Below, in pieces: positions 38,916 through 51,247 of a stretch of 64,000 nucleotides of DNA. The number at the start of each line of letters is the position of its first letter. Within the stretch, counting starts at the first letter, position 1. The stretch covers positions 186,001-250,000 of the forward strand of contig CAJFCJ010000023.1 in NCBI GenBank assembly GCA_904063045.1, written 5' to 3'. The position numbers and the translations under genes are program-made. The DNA is from Dimorphilus gyrociliatus (taxonomy: Eukaryota > Animalia > Annelida). Below the pieces are notes generated by a model that was given only the letters and a program-made list of their open reading frames with translations, did no database searches and had not been told where the DNA came from.

Positions 38916-41911
38916 TCTCAGCTGTTTGAAGTATGCAAATAATGTTTTTGGAAAATAAATCCACCTTGTAGAATATACAGCATAATTTAGTGGATAGGAC
39001 AACTATAACTAAGCTACTAATCTATTTATGGCCATTTTACATTAATACTGTATAATTAATGAGTAAACCCAAAACGCACACGCCTGAATGTTTATCTATT
39101 CAATGTATTACCGATATCACAGAAGAGAAGCCGTCTGTCTAAAGAAAGAGTAGTTAATTATAATGATGTCTGGAAAAAGACCAAAAATGCCAATTGCATT
39201 CCTAAATGAAATTTTTAATAAGCACGATCCAATTTAGCGTTTCGAAACTGATAAAGAGACTATAAATACTGTATACTAAATAAACATAATAAACTTTATA
39301 CAGTATAGTGAATAGATTATGATATTTATACGCTTACGAAAGCAATAAGTGAAATTTACGTCAATATAAATTTCTCTTCATGTTTCATATCGTAACAAGA
39401 GATGACTTTTAATATTAAAAATACAAATCTAGACCATTAATTAAACTAATACTGATAGTCCAATTTCATAATCCTTAAACTAGTACAGTTATTGAAGTGT
39501 ATACTTTAGCTATTATTTTTTTTTTATTAATAGGCCTATTAGTTTAATTTAACGAAAAGTATTTCCAAAGTATGGTAATAAAATATTATGGTTATTTAAC
39601 AAATTTTGGGAACTATATATTTACTCTCCTACTTGTGAATTAGGTATATACTTTATATAAAGACGTATCTATAGGAAATAATCAGAACGAATTTTTCCTT
39701 TCGATCGACGTTTATTAATAGATACAGATTTTTGCAGATTTTCTGCGTTATCTCCAGGCTATATCTCCTTTGGAGTCTTTTTTATAATTAAGAATATATC
39801 AATGCAGAAAAAGGAGAGATTCTCAATACTACATTATTCTATTCATGTAATAGTTATTTATTTATGTTGAATCTGACTTTAAACTTGAATAATAAAGCTA
39901 AAAGTTGCTTTTTATATTCAAATATTACTTTTAATAACACTAAGAAGATAATGAACAAACGTTACGGTTCTGTACATCAATAAAACATTTCATCCATATA
40001 CTAATGAGACTTTCTATATATTTGTCTAGACTCTATAGGATCGTAAACGATACATGCTAAAAATATTACATAAAGAAAATATAAACACGTGTAAGCATGC
40101 AGTATAGACACACTAGAATAGAGAGAGATAGTAAATTCCTTCAACAGACCACTATTATTGTTTACACTCTCTTTGTTTCTTTTTTTGATTATTCTAAATG
40201 AAATCTCATAGAAGGTGTTTCTTCTTTTGTATTGCATTTTGAGGTATTGAAAAATAGCAACAGAATAAGTAAATACGTTATTTGATAGTTGAAGATATAT
40301 TATGGTTATAAATGGAAATCTTGCTCTAGAATATAATTTCACAGTCACGCTCTAATATGTCGTTTATTTGGAACAGTTTGTCATTTTTTTAGACGTATTC
40401 CTAATTATAACGTTATTTATTTACGTTCTGATATATAGATCAGTATTTTTAAATTTGTTATCAGAGTCCAAACTCTCTCTCTCTCTTTCTCTCTCTCACT
40501 CTCCTAGTTTTTTAACACAAAAAGTATACAAAGTATGAATCGAGTTTTTCTATTGTTTGTTTGTTCATTTCTTCAAAAAGGTATCAGAAATTTAAACCAA
40601 CGTATGGATATAATGACGTTTGTAAACCTCTCTTTTCTTATACGAGTATTAATTGGAGAATCGTGTGAATAGTTGATGTTTTTTAGTAATATTTACAGAG
40701 GGAAGGAATATGCAAACACTATTGAAAATTTTCTATTGAACATTACCAAGAGAAGGTTTTTAAACTTAAAAAAAAGATTTCCCATAAGCCGATATATTCT
40801 TCATTATCTAAGAATTTATAACAGACTGAGTACAATTTTACGGCTTTACTGTTCGATAATTTCTTTTGACGCTTACTGATGATTGGTTGTAGTTCCATAA
40901 GTCCATTAATGCTTATCGTGTTTTACTGGTTGCATTCATGTTTGCTACTTCTCCTCAATTCCTCTTCAAGTTTATGGCCATCTCATCTTGTTTTTTAAAA
41001 AAATTCTCATATTTTTCACAAAAACATAGGTAAAGAAATCATTAAAAAGTATTAGTGAACTAATATTTCTCATCTTTCAGGTAAACAATTGAAATACTTG
41101 TACAAGTCTACAGAACGTCATAGGCTTAAGATAGGTTTAAAATTCTGTAAGACTAAATATAAACTACACAGGGAATATGAAATACAGAAGGTAGACCAAT
41201 ATTTTAGGCATAGAAGACATAGAAGCAAAGAGTGAAAGAGAGAGACAGACAGATACATAGACAGATAAGTCTTTACTTAGGCCGTCATGCAGACGAGACT
41301 GAATGAAAGAATGCAATAATGGTTATTTCTTTTGGGTAAAACTATCTTGAAATGTGTTTGGCATCCGCTAAGTGTATTATTTTGCTAGGTTACCAAGAAA
41401 ATAAATAGATTACATAGCAATTTATAATGTAAACTCAGATGTTTTACTTGTCTTTTATATTGAATACAGAAAATTTAATTATATCTTTATCAAAATAAAT
41501 GTTTTTCTTTGAATAGCAAAAAGAAAAGAGGAATGATTCACATAAGAACATATTGATAATAATAAAAAGGCAACAATAAAGAGAAGAGTAGTCTTGTTTT
41601 TATGTTTCGGTGGTATGTTTTTCTGATGATGTTTATTAGATTTCATTAATTACAGCAATAAATATAAAATACATCATAATGAATATCTATTTTCCTTTTT
41701 CTTTCTCTTAAAATCATAATGATGCTTTAAAACATAAGAAAAAACTGTTATTTACTGTTTGTAACCTTTTGAAAGAATAGTAATTTTTTATGGTTTGCTT
41801 GTTGAATATTTTTCCTAATACTGTTCAAAATTCGGTAAAGGCTTTTCATCGTAGAAGTCGGATTACACAGGCTGCTTTTGCTATTTTTTGCTTTAATTTT
41901 TAGTATTCGTT

Positions 41912-44900
41912 TCAAGTTATACTGGGTCTTCCTCCCTTAGAGCCAAGCCTTCTACAAATTTCAGCATTCATAGCACACCATAATCTTGCAACACATCCTA
42001 CATTAAAAGATAAATGACGGGTTCCAGTCGAGTCGGGCGAACCGAATGGCCACTCGTATTCGTTAGGCACAGGTCCTTGAATGTTCTCCTCAAAAAAGCG
42101 AACCAAAGGATACCATAGGTTAGCAAGTTTTCTATGAGCCAGCTGAGAATTTCTAATACTTGGATTTTCGGCCAGCATATGATAATTTGTAAACATTTGC
42201 GAGGTTATATATAATGCAAGTATGACATCGACAGTGTAGTGTTCATGAGCTATGAGAAGAAGAATCATAGCTGCTAAGCATAGTAGTCTAAATATCCAGT
42301 GAAGCAATGTGAAAGTTTGAGGGCTGTATTCAATAAGCGTTAAAGTAACGGCCACCATATTCACCGTATGACCGCTGTATATATAATCACCACAGGTAGT
42401 TACACCCTGTATTGACATTCCCATCCCGCGAAAGATGAGAAGGGCTCTTGAGACTCTTTCATTTAAACTGGCAGTCGGAGGCTGTCGAATGGAACAAAAC
42501 GGAACAGATTAGAAGAAGTTCATTCAGCTCAATACATTAAAAAAAATTGATAAAAAAGAAGAAGAGGGTTGAGATCGTGTTCTTGGCTGACTAAGGTTGT
42601 TTTTATAAATATCTTGTTACATTGAAAGCCGTTATTTAGCTAAAAAGCGTACCTTTTACAATATATAGTAGCACATATATTTACTAAAAGTATAATACGC
42701 TCTATAGGTTATACATGAAAGAAGGCGTATTCTACAGTTTTGTTGAATGCAGATGTAGTGACAAACAATCACGCACAGATATATTCCACTATTGTATGCA
42801 TTCAAACATCAGTCAATAGATTGTTGCAAATATTTTTTCCTTGATATCATTCCAAAGTTTACGTAATCTTTTGCTACTTTTGTTTTGAAAAGGGGCGATC
42901 ACAAATTGAATATAATACATGACTAATATTGCTACTATTTATTATTTATGCTAAAAAGGCATAGGCCTTTGTAATGTCAAGGACGTCACGAATAACCAAC
43001 AGTAAGACTACGAAAAAAAGTAGATAGACTAGACAGCCAGAAAATGAAATAGGAAATATATATAGATATGCTATATCTCTAGATATATTTATAATAAGTG
43101 ATTCAATGTCTTTATTTGCTTTTACAAAATCACCTAATGGCACTATGTTATTTATTTGTATCCTTCGTTTGGGAAACATATCTATAGTGCTAGTGTTTTC
43201 TCGTCTTTTTTTAGGTCTTATGAATATTCTCAAACTGATATCAACGGTGAATGTAACCTTTAGCTATTAATTTTATATTTTAAAAATCATGAACATACTC
43301 CCCAGATTAATCATGACATGCAGAGTTCGTGATTTGTTCAGAACATTTATATTGTCGTATTTAGTAGATAGAATATATATATATACATTGTATTTATGTT
43401 TCATGGCATATTTATATTTTGTGCAAAGTAATCACTATATATATATGGTAAATGCCTTATTTTGACCTCTAAATTTCTTATTATTTCGAATAAATAATCA
43501 GTTAGATCATTGTTATTATAATTTTAGCATTTCTTAATAAGTTAACCGAAACATTCATGGTTTTAGGCCAAAATAACAGTTTTCTAATTTTTTGGATTAT
43601 AATAAAACATATTTGTAGTCTGAAAATATTATCTTCCTAAATGTTACACCCTTTGAACTGCTTAACTATTTTTCCTATTCAAAGTAATACCTATTCAAAA
43701 TCCTATTAGCTTAAGCTTTATGCATTATATTTGTCATATAAAGAAAGTATAATAATTTTGTTTTAAGGAAAATCAGTTTTTTTAGTTGATTCTAGGTGAA
43801 ATATAGTATAAGTAATTGACTAATAGAATTGACTTCAGAAAGGATTTACGTTTGTCAGAGAAAATTAATATCAAATGAGACCGATAGCTTTTAATACTTA
43901 ACGCAAATGCGAACCTATGCTGGTTTCTCTTTTTTTTTAGCATTTGATCTATTAAATCATTGCTAATACAGCTACAAAATTTTACTTTTTTTAAATCTGT
44001 ACCTGTATTTAATTTTTAATCAGGTACAAATAATTTATCTTATACATATTTATTGAGAGCCAGCATCTTCAATTGCAAATGCCTGATTGTAATACATATA
44101 ACACTATCTCGATAGGAAATTATCGGGTTTAAGCGTTAAATATCTATGAATGCTGACCAGGCTTGTTTTGCTTAAAAGAACAGCTTCTACGTAGAAAATG
44201 TGCAAAATCTAAATTGATAAGTATGCTTCTCCCTACCGACGCTTGTCGCAACATACAAAGATATAAAGAATATGTTCAGGTTGAATAATGCTATAAAACT
44301 ATATTGAAGGGTAGTACTAAATCTGCTTAAGATGAGAAGAAATATTTTTATGATGCACTAGTTCTTTATAAATGTGATATATAAATAGATGAATTGAAGC
44401 CCATTCACACACTCTATGCTGTGTCTACAACTAACAGTAATACACAGAATTCTAGGTTTGAAAATGTTTCAATTTGAATAACAATTGAATAAAATCACCA
44501 ACCGTTCGAAAACATTTAGGATAGGTGGCGAACGTAGCTGGTAATGACGTCACCACAATAGTCGTGCACCTGAGAATCATTATGGTTGATAAAATAATAG
44601 CACATCTCCTTGCCAATACAAATCTGTAAAAAAAACCGGGAAGTAATAAATAAGAATAAGATTTTTGCTATTGTAAAAATTAAAAAAAAACCCGTCTATT
44701 ACAAGAATAACATTGTTTTTTTCTCTCCCTTGGCACTGGGAAAATTTTCCTACTTTCTTTCTCTTTTTTCTTTTAAACATAATTCGATAAAGAGTATAGT
44801 TACGTTTATTAATAAATAGCAACATGTATAATTCTAACAACCTTGATTTTATAGGCCATATAGCTTTGCGTAAAAATAATTAAATGTCGCTTTAATCATG

Positions 44901-46342
44901 CCTTCTATGGTATTTGCTGTTTTTTCAGCTGTTTCTAATTTAATAGCGAAGATATAATTAGAACAGGGATTTCTTTATTGGAGAGACGTTAAACTATCAA
45001 AAAGCAGGATAATTAAAAAAAGATCGTACATAACGAGGCTTTCCCTTTTTTGGAGAAAGATTTTCAAGTTTTTACTGATTATTAATATTTTATTTAGCAG
45101 GCGTTGACCTGTATTTATCTATTTACTTGATAACAATATATTTAGACAAAAGACAAACAAAGGGTAGCACTAGTTTGTTATAGTTTGTCAAAGTTAAAAA
45201 TGTCTATATTTACAAGAAAGAAATCGACGGAAGTGTTTTGTACCCTAGTTTGTTTATCTTTATTTTTAGATAATCCAATATTAATAGGCTATTCTAATTA
45301 ACAGCTTCTCTCTGTGTATAGTTTACCCGCAAATAACGTTGATTATTCATAGGAGTAAAAGGAAAAGAGAGATGTTGATGGTTTATATCCCATATATTGT
45401 AACCAATTGGCATATTTTAGAATTCCTCATCTATTTTGTGTCGTTAGCTAAAACTATGTTTATAATTTACGGTATACTTAGCTCTAATACTTTTGACAAT
45501 GTTATTATCTTTCTTTTATTTTCTGTTCCAATTGTATTAATAACGGAAGTAAACTGGCCTTTTTATTCTTGTAAATCGCTCTATTACACTACATATATAT
45601 ATATTATCTATTTAGCGAATGACTGTTAATACAATTGTTTAACTGATTATTCAATGGTTGCATAAACTATGATTTTTCCAGAAATTTTCGGTAATAAATT
45701 AACTTTTTGACCATAATTATACTCGAATTTAATAACTATAACACATATAATTACAACTATCTAACTGTCCTTAATTATTCAAGAATCAAGGCATATGTTA
45801 CGCGATATCATTAAGTTAATCTAACCATTTAAATTACTAGGCCTTATCATAATTGACTGATAGCTACATTTACTTAGTCATTCGCAAAAAAAACCTGTTT
45901 CATATTGAACAAACTGTTAGGAAGAAAGAGAAAAGTTTGCTTCCTTTCACTTTCGAATTCTAACTCGGCCTATATGCTAAGGATGAATTTGCTCGATAGC
46001 TAAAATTATAAAAGAAAATACTTACCTATGCTTATGTAGTATTGATAATATAATACAAGATATAACTAATATCATCATGATAATTTCGCATGCGCCAAGA
46101 GCCCAATCTCTATAAACTACACTATCCAAGAATAAGTCGGGTAATTGCTTAAAAACTCCAGGTTTAGGCAATCGGTCATGAACTACAACCGTAACATAAG
46201 AAGTAGCGGCGTAAGCTATAGCCATATAAATAAGTGCTAAGAACATTTTTTTATAATCATTAGGTGGGATTTTTCGACATTTTTGTTCGTCCTCAGGCTC
46301 TATTATAATATGACTTTCTCCGTTTGTATCCAATTTTTTCTC
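41912..46342 (-). CDS. SGMS: Sphingomyelin synthase family protein (first coding exon not identified)
   Basis: Exons ~46025-46342 (VHDRLP...LPDLFLD), 44503-~44623 (FVLARRCAIILSTIMILRCTTIVVTSLP) and 41912-~42480 (CGDYIYSGHT; AHEHYTVDVILA) join in compatible phases. The catalytic His/His/Asp motifs are intact. Confidence 0.93.
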
Positions 46343-49300
46343 CTGTATTGGTGCAATTAATCATAAGTAAAATATTAAAGATAATTAACAAGCAAAAAGA
46401 ATGACTACTTTTCTCTGCTGTTTTACTATTATTAATGGAATTAAGAGTTACGATCATCATTTTAAATAAGTTTGCAGAAATATTCTTTCGTTATTCTATT
46501 ATATAAACGGGCTATAAGAAGATAAAAGAAGAAGAAGAGGAAGAAGAAGTAGAACGAGGAGAATAAGTAGATAATTTATCTTTTTTAATTAGTTATTTAT
46601 TTATTATTTTCACAATAGATCAATAATTTTATTGAAAACAATAACAAACTCTATTTCTAGGCTCTTGATGCCTATCTTTATCCATTCTCACCTACATGTT
46701 AAATAGGAGTAAAGTTAACCTTTTTTTTTTGATATCCTCTTCCTTCCCATACTCACACACCAACTCTACACCACTCCACCCCTTTCTCATTCTATCTCTC
46801 TCAGTCTCTATAAATATATCTATATATCTGGTTTTTTTTATATTCTTTTCTTTGGTTAAAATTTTTGAATGGCCATTATTTATATATATATATATATATA
46901 TATAAATATACATTTTAAGTAAAGATCATAGTTTGGTCCGCGTGCACCTTGTGGTGTACGGATGTGCTAGCATACACAACATACAGCATTCCAACACGAT
47001 AAGGGATGGAAGGAAACGGGCATTAGGGGGTCGAAAATAAAAAGACAAAGAAAATATTAGGAGGTCGGAAGGTGGAGAGAAAAAAAGAGATTGTGTAGAA
47101 GAAGGGGCATGACGGGAAAGGATCTTAGTCATGGTTGACAAATGTATTTCAAACAAGTCTAAATGGAAGAGTTTATTTTTACCATTAAAACACAAAACAC
47201 AACATTGTCAGAATAGTATAACGAATTATTTGAAATATCTTTTAAACCGACTTTTTTTATATAGATTGTAAAAAAAACGACTGTAGGCCGTGTTTTGTTT
47301 TCGTTTGCCATATAATATTTAATAATCTTATTATATAAGATCGGTATCAAGTTGTTAATTAAGTATATGGTTCCTTATTTACTTGTATTTATACATATTT
47401 TGTACGTAAACCTCCTCCGACACCGCTACGAGAAAATCGATAAAGGCAAGTCTAGCTCTCAGTTTTTTTTTGGCAAAAATCTGCAATATACAGTCATTCT
47501 ATGCCAACGGGATGGATATAGTCATTCTCTTATATATTGTTAATTTAGTATTTAGACACTTTACATAGACTTTAATTTCTACTAACCATGTTTAAAATTT
47601 TAGCAATCGCACTCCTTACAAATCCACATCAACAGTCGATTTTTTAGGTACCGCTAGACACCTACAGCTATACAGCAAAAATAAGAAACTGCCGGTATAA
47701 AATGGCGCGGGGTGGCGCTACAGTAGCCTCTCGTATGATTGGAGACGATGACCAGACATCTGGAAGCATATGGGGAGAAGAATTTCCACACAGAAGTTTC
47801 TAATAGCAATATTAACTAACTTTTTCATCTACATCTACAATTAATCATTTATAGGCGTTACAAAACAACATTTGTTAACAGTTTGTCAAAATAGAAACCG
47901 AGAAATCCAAAAAAAATCTATTTACAGCGCCACCTACTTGGCCAATTTAAGGCCTTTTTTTCTGAGAATCGTGGTTTTCCCATCACCTCACACTCTGCAA
48001 GATCTAGAAAAAAACAACTGTCATTTTCTATATCAGCAACAATTAAGGATAGGAAATAACGTTTCTCAATATACTATCATCCTTAGCATAGTCTTCTCTC
48101 CTCTCATAAAAAAATCCCTTCTGTACGTTGTCTAATTGGTATAAATATTCTATTTAGGTCAGTACTATCATTAACAAACGCCATCTTTTATTTATTAAGA
48201 ATATCTTTTTAGTTTATACACTGTTTACATAGTTTCAGTTTATTATTCCAATTCTGATAAAGAATTACTTTCGCTATATGTTTTTCAAATAAACATCTTA
48301 TACGTTTCTTATTTTCTTCTTGTTTGTTTGTTTGAAATAGTCAAAAAAGAAAAGAAAAAGAGGGGAGCGAAGTGTGGGAGGGAGATGACACAAGGAGGTC
48401 AGCGGGCGATATAGAAAGATCTAATTAATGAAATAAACAGGTCGTTATTTATCATTCGCTTTATTTCTTTTTTATATGAAATAAATCAACTTTATTTCAT
48501 CTTTCGACTAATAATGAATTATATATAGATTTGAAGTAAGCTCACTTTGTTTATTTATGGAATAATACACTATAAAGTGAAATATAACCGATTAAACGTT
48601 ATAAACTGTAGATGGCGTTTTCTGCTTATTTATTTGAATGTGTATTAAAAAAAATTTCATGGCTAACAATCTTTTAAGATAAAGAAGGGATAATCAAATA
48701 AGAAACCTAGACGTAAAGGCTAATTAACATCTTCTATTACAGTACTTAATGTACAGAAAAAGTTAATCGCTCGATCCATAAAGTTATGGATTAAGAAAAT
48801 GGCGTGTTTCGCGTCTGCATTTATATTCGTTTTTAATTATTGCAGTGTAGGGATTTAAATAATAACAATCAAAGATGGAACAACTATTTATAAATACAAA
48901 TATTATCATCAGTTCTCAACAAAAACACAAATTTAATTAACTAGTATAATATATGGTTATCCCTTCTCTTCCCTTTTAGTTTTGTGGACGAGTCGACTCT
49001 AGAGGAATAGTAGCGAAGAGAAAGAAAGCGATCAAATATTTTTTTTTAACTCTGGAATATTTCTTTCTCTCTTTCTTTCTATCTCTGTTCGTATGTCTGC
49101 AGCAGACTCTACTGCATTTAGACCATTAGTAATTTTAATCTATCACTTATTTAACAGCCACAAATCGAATGACAATAGCTTAATGATTACTCCAACACGT
49201 CATAATCGCAAATGCGTGTTGCAGTAGAAAAAAAAGAGGAAAATGTCATATTAAAAAATCTATTTTGCTCATTTTTATACTTTACTTAAAAAAGACACTA

Positions 49301-51247
49301 ATACTTTATACATCGATTATTTGTTAAAAGTATGAACCTCCCTCCCCCATCCTTCTCTCTTCCCCCTTCCTCTTCCCTTTCTCCCATCTTCAACATTGAA
49401 GTTCCTTGTATATTTAATATATTTTAAATTATTTTTGCTCTTTGTCGTCAATAGATTGTTATAGAGTACAATGCATACTTTATATATTCAGTATATATGT
49501 ACCAAAAGACAATACATCTTTTTAATAGTGCTAAAAACTCTCAATAGGAGTTTTTAGAGTGTAAAGAATTATAGTAATTAGCACTAATATTCTAAACTCA
49601 TAGATTACTGATTGTTTTAATAAAAAAAATGTCTTCTATCATTAAATTAATAATTAAATATTGTATTCTTCGTCCTTTAGTACACTGATTCTAATAATAA
49701 TCTATCAATTTGTAATTAAAATTAAATTATTCTCTATATAGTTTATATTAAATATGAAAAATAACTCTTTGGTATAAAAGAATTTCAGGCTTTTTTTAAT
49801 TATCTCGTATGAATTTCCTAAGGATATTTACTTGCCTGATTATTTTTTACCTTCTTCCTCGTTCTTACATCCTTCTATCCCCTTCTGGCTGATCTCAATG
49901 AGAAAAAAGGTTTTTCTGAAAAGATTATGCTCAACTGACTTTCCATCTTTTTTCTTTGCATATGATTTCTTTATAATGAATAGAAAGTGAGAATGCATAT
50001 ATTAATTACTATGTTTTTAGATGAAATTTCTATCTCTTTTTCTTACTCCTTCCATCTTTCATTTTGTTTCTCTTCTTTCTATTTATTCATTATAATACTT
50101 TTATTTAATTATATTTCGATACCGTCAATTTCGTTTCTTCTCTTTCACTTCAAATGATTGTGAAACCGAATTTTGGGGTTAAAAGACTTTTCCCTTTCGC
50201 CTAATTGGCTATGCAGGTATACACTCGACATAAGGCTCTTAATAATAGAAGTAACAATCATAGAATCCTTTGAAAAGAATGAAGAATGTAACATCAAATA
50301 CGAGCAAACTCTCAGGAAAAATTATTGATACTTTCTTAAGAATATCTATATGTTCTAATACGAATAGAAAATACAACGAATAGTGCAAATATGTTAAGAA
50401 TTAGAGATAATTAGAGATAAAAATTCTCATTGAGGAAAGAAAAACAAAAGAATTATCTTTATAAAATCTATTGGATACATTCTGTGTTAAAAGTTGTTTT
50501 TATATTATGAACGAATAGAGTAAGAGAGTTATAAATAAACTAATAGAGAAAAGACGATTTCCTTGGTTTTATTTCTTCAAAAAGGAAGCAAACAAAATAC
50601 ATTTATAAAATATTTAATAACCGCAATAGTCTAGTCTCATTTGCTATAAATAAATAAATAAATAGGGGAAAACAACATCAAACACATACCGCTTAGCTTT
50701 ATTCTTACAAGTATGAAGGAGAAATGCAACTTTTCCGCAGGCCGCACAGAAGAAAACAAAAGAAGATAGATGGAATAAGTAAAATAGCAAAAACAATACA
50801 AGTAGAAGAACTTTTTCACCATTCAATATCAATAATCAGTGGTCAGTAACAAGTACATCTCTTACTCTACTAGTAATGTCCTTGATATAACAAGTTAAAT
50901 TGATATTTTAATTATCTTTAAATGCGTAGGCCGAAGAGATTTGATAATTTCTTTTTTCCACAAAATCCCAACAGAAATATAATATTACAAGAATAGAAAT
51001 TTGATGAATCTATATTTATGATAATGAAATTATTAATAAAGGAAAAGTTAGTTAATCAATCGCTTGTTTTTTATGGAAATTTTTATGTAAACATATAAAA
51101 TAGATGATTATTATTATTACATATATATTTTAATAATTTTAAAGAGTGCAAATAATGTTTTTAAGTTGGTTGCAGCATAATTTATTCATGTTTAAATAGG
51201 TTTATTTATTTGTTTCTTTAATCAGGATTTGAAATTTTGGTTTCGTT

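Noticed and set aside
26083-46342. Apparent ER/lipid cluster (GRAMD4, two SIGMAR1, SGMS), and SGMS adjacent to the toxin-like pair as self-protection (by analogy to sphingomyelin-binding lysenin)
   Set aside because: No sequence evidence of functional linkage; adjacency is expected by chance in a gene-dense genome.
47640-47800. GC-richer segment examined as a possible structural RNA
   Set aside because: No tRNA cloverleaf or recognisable snRNA/snoRNA boxes; more likely promoter sequence.
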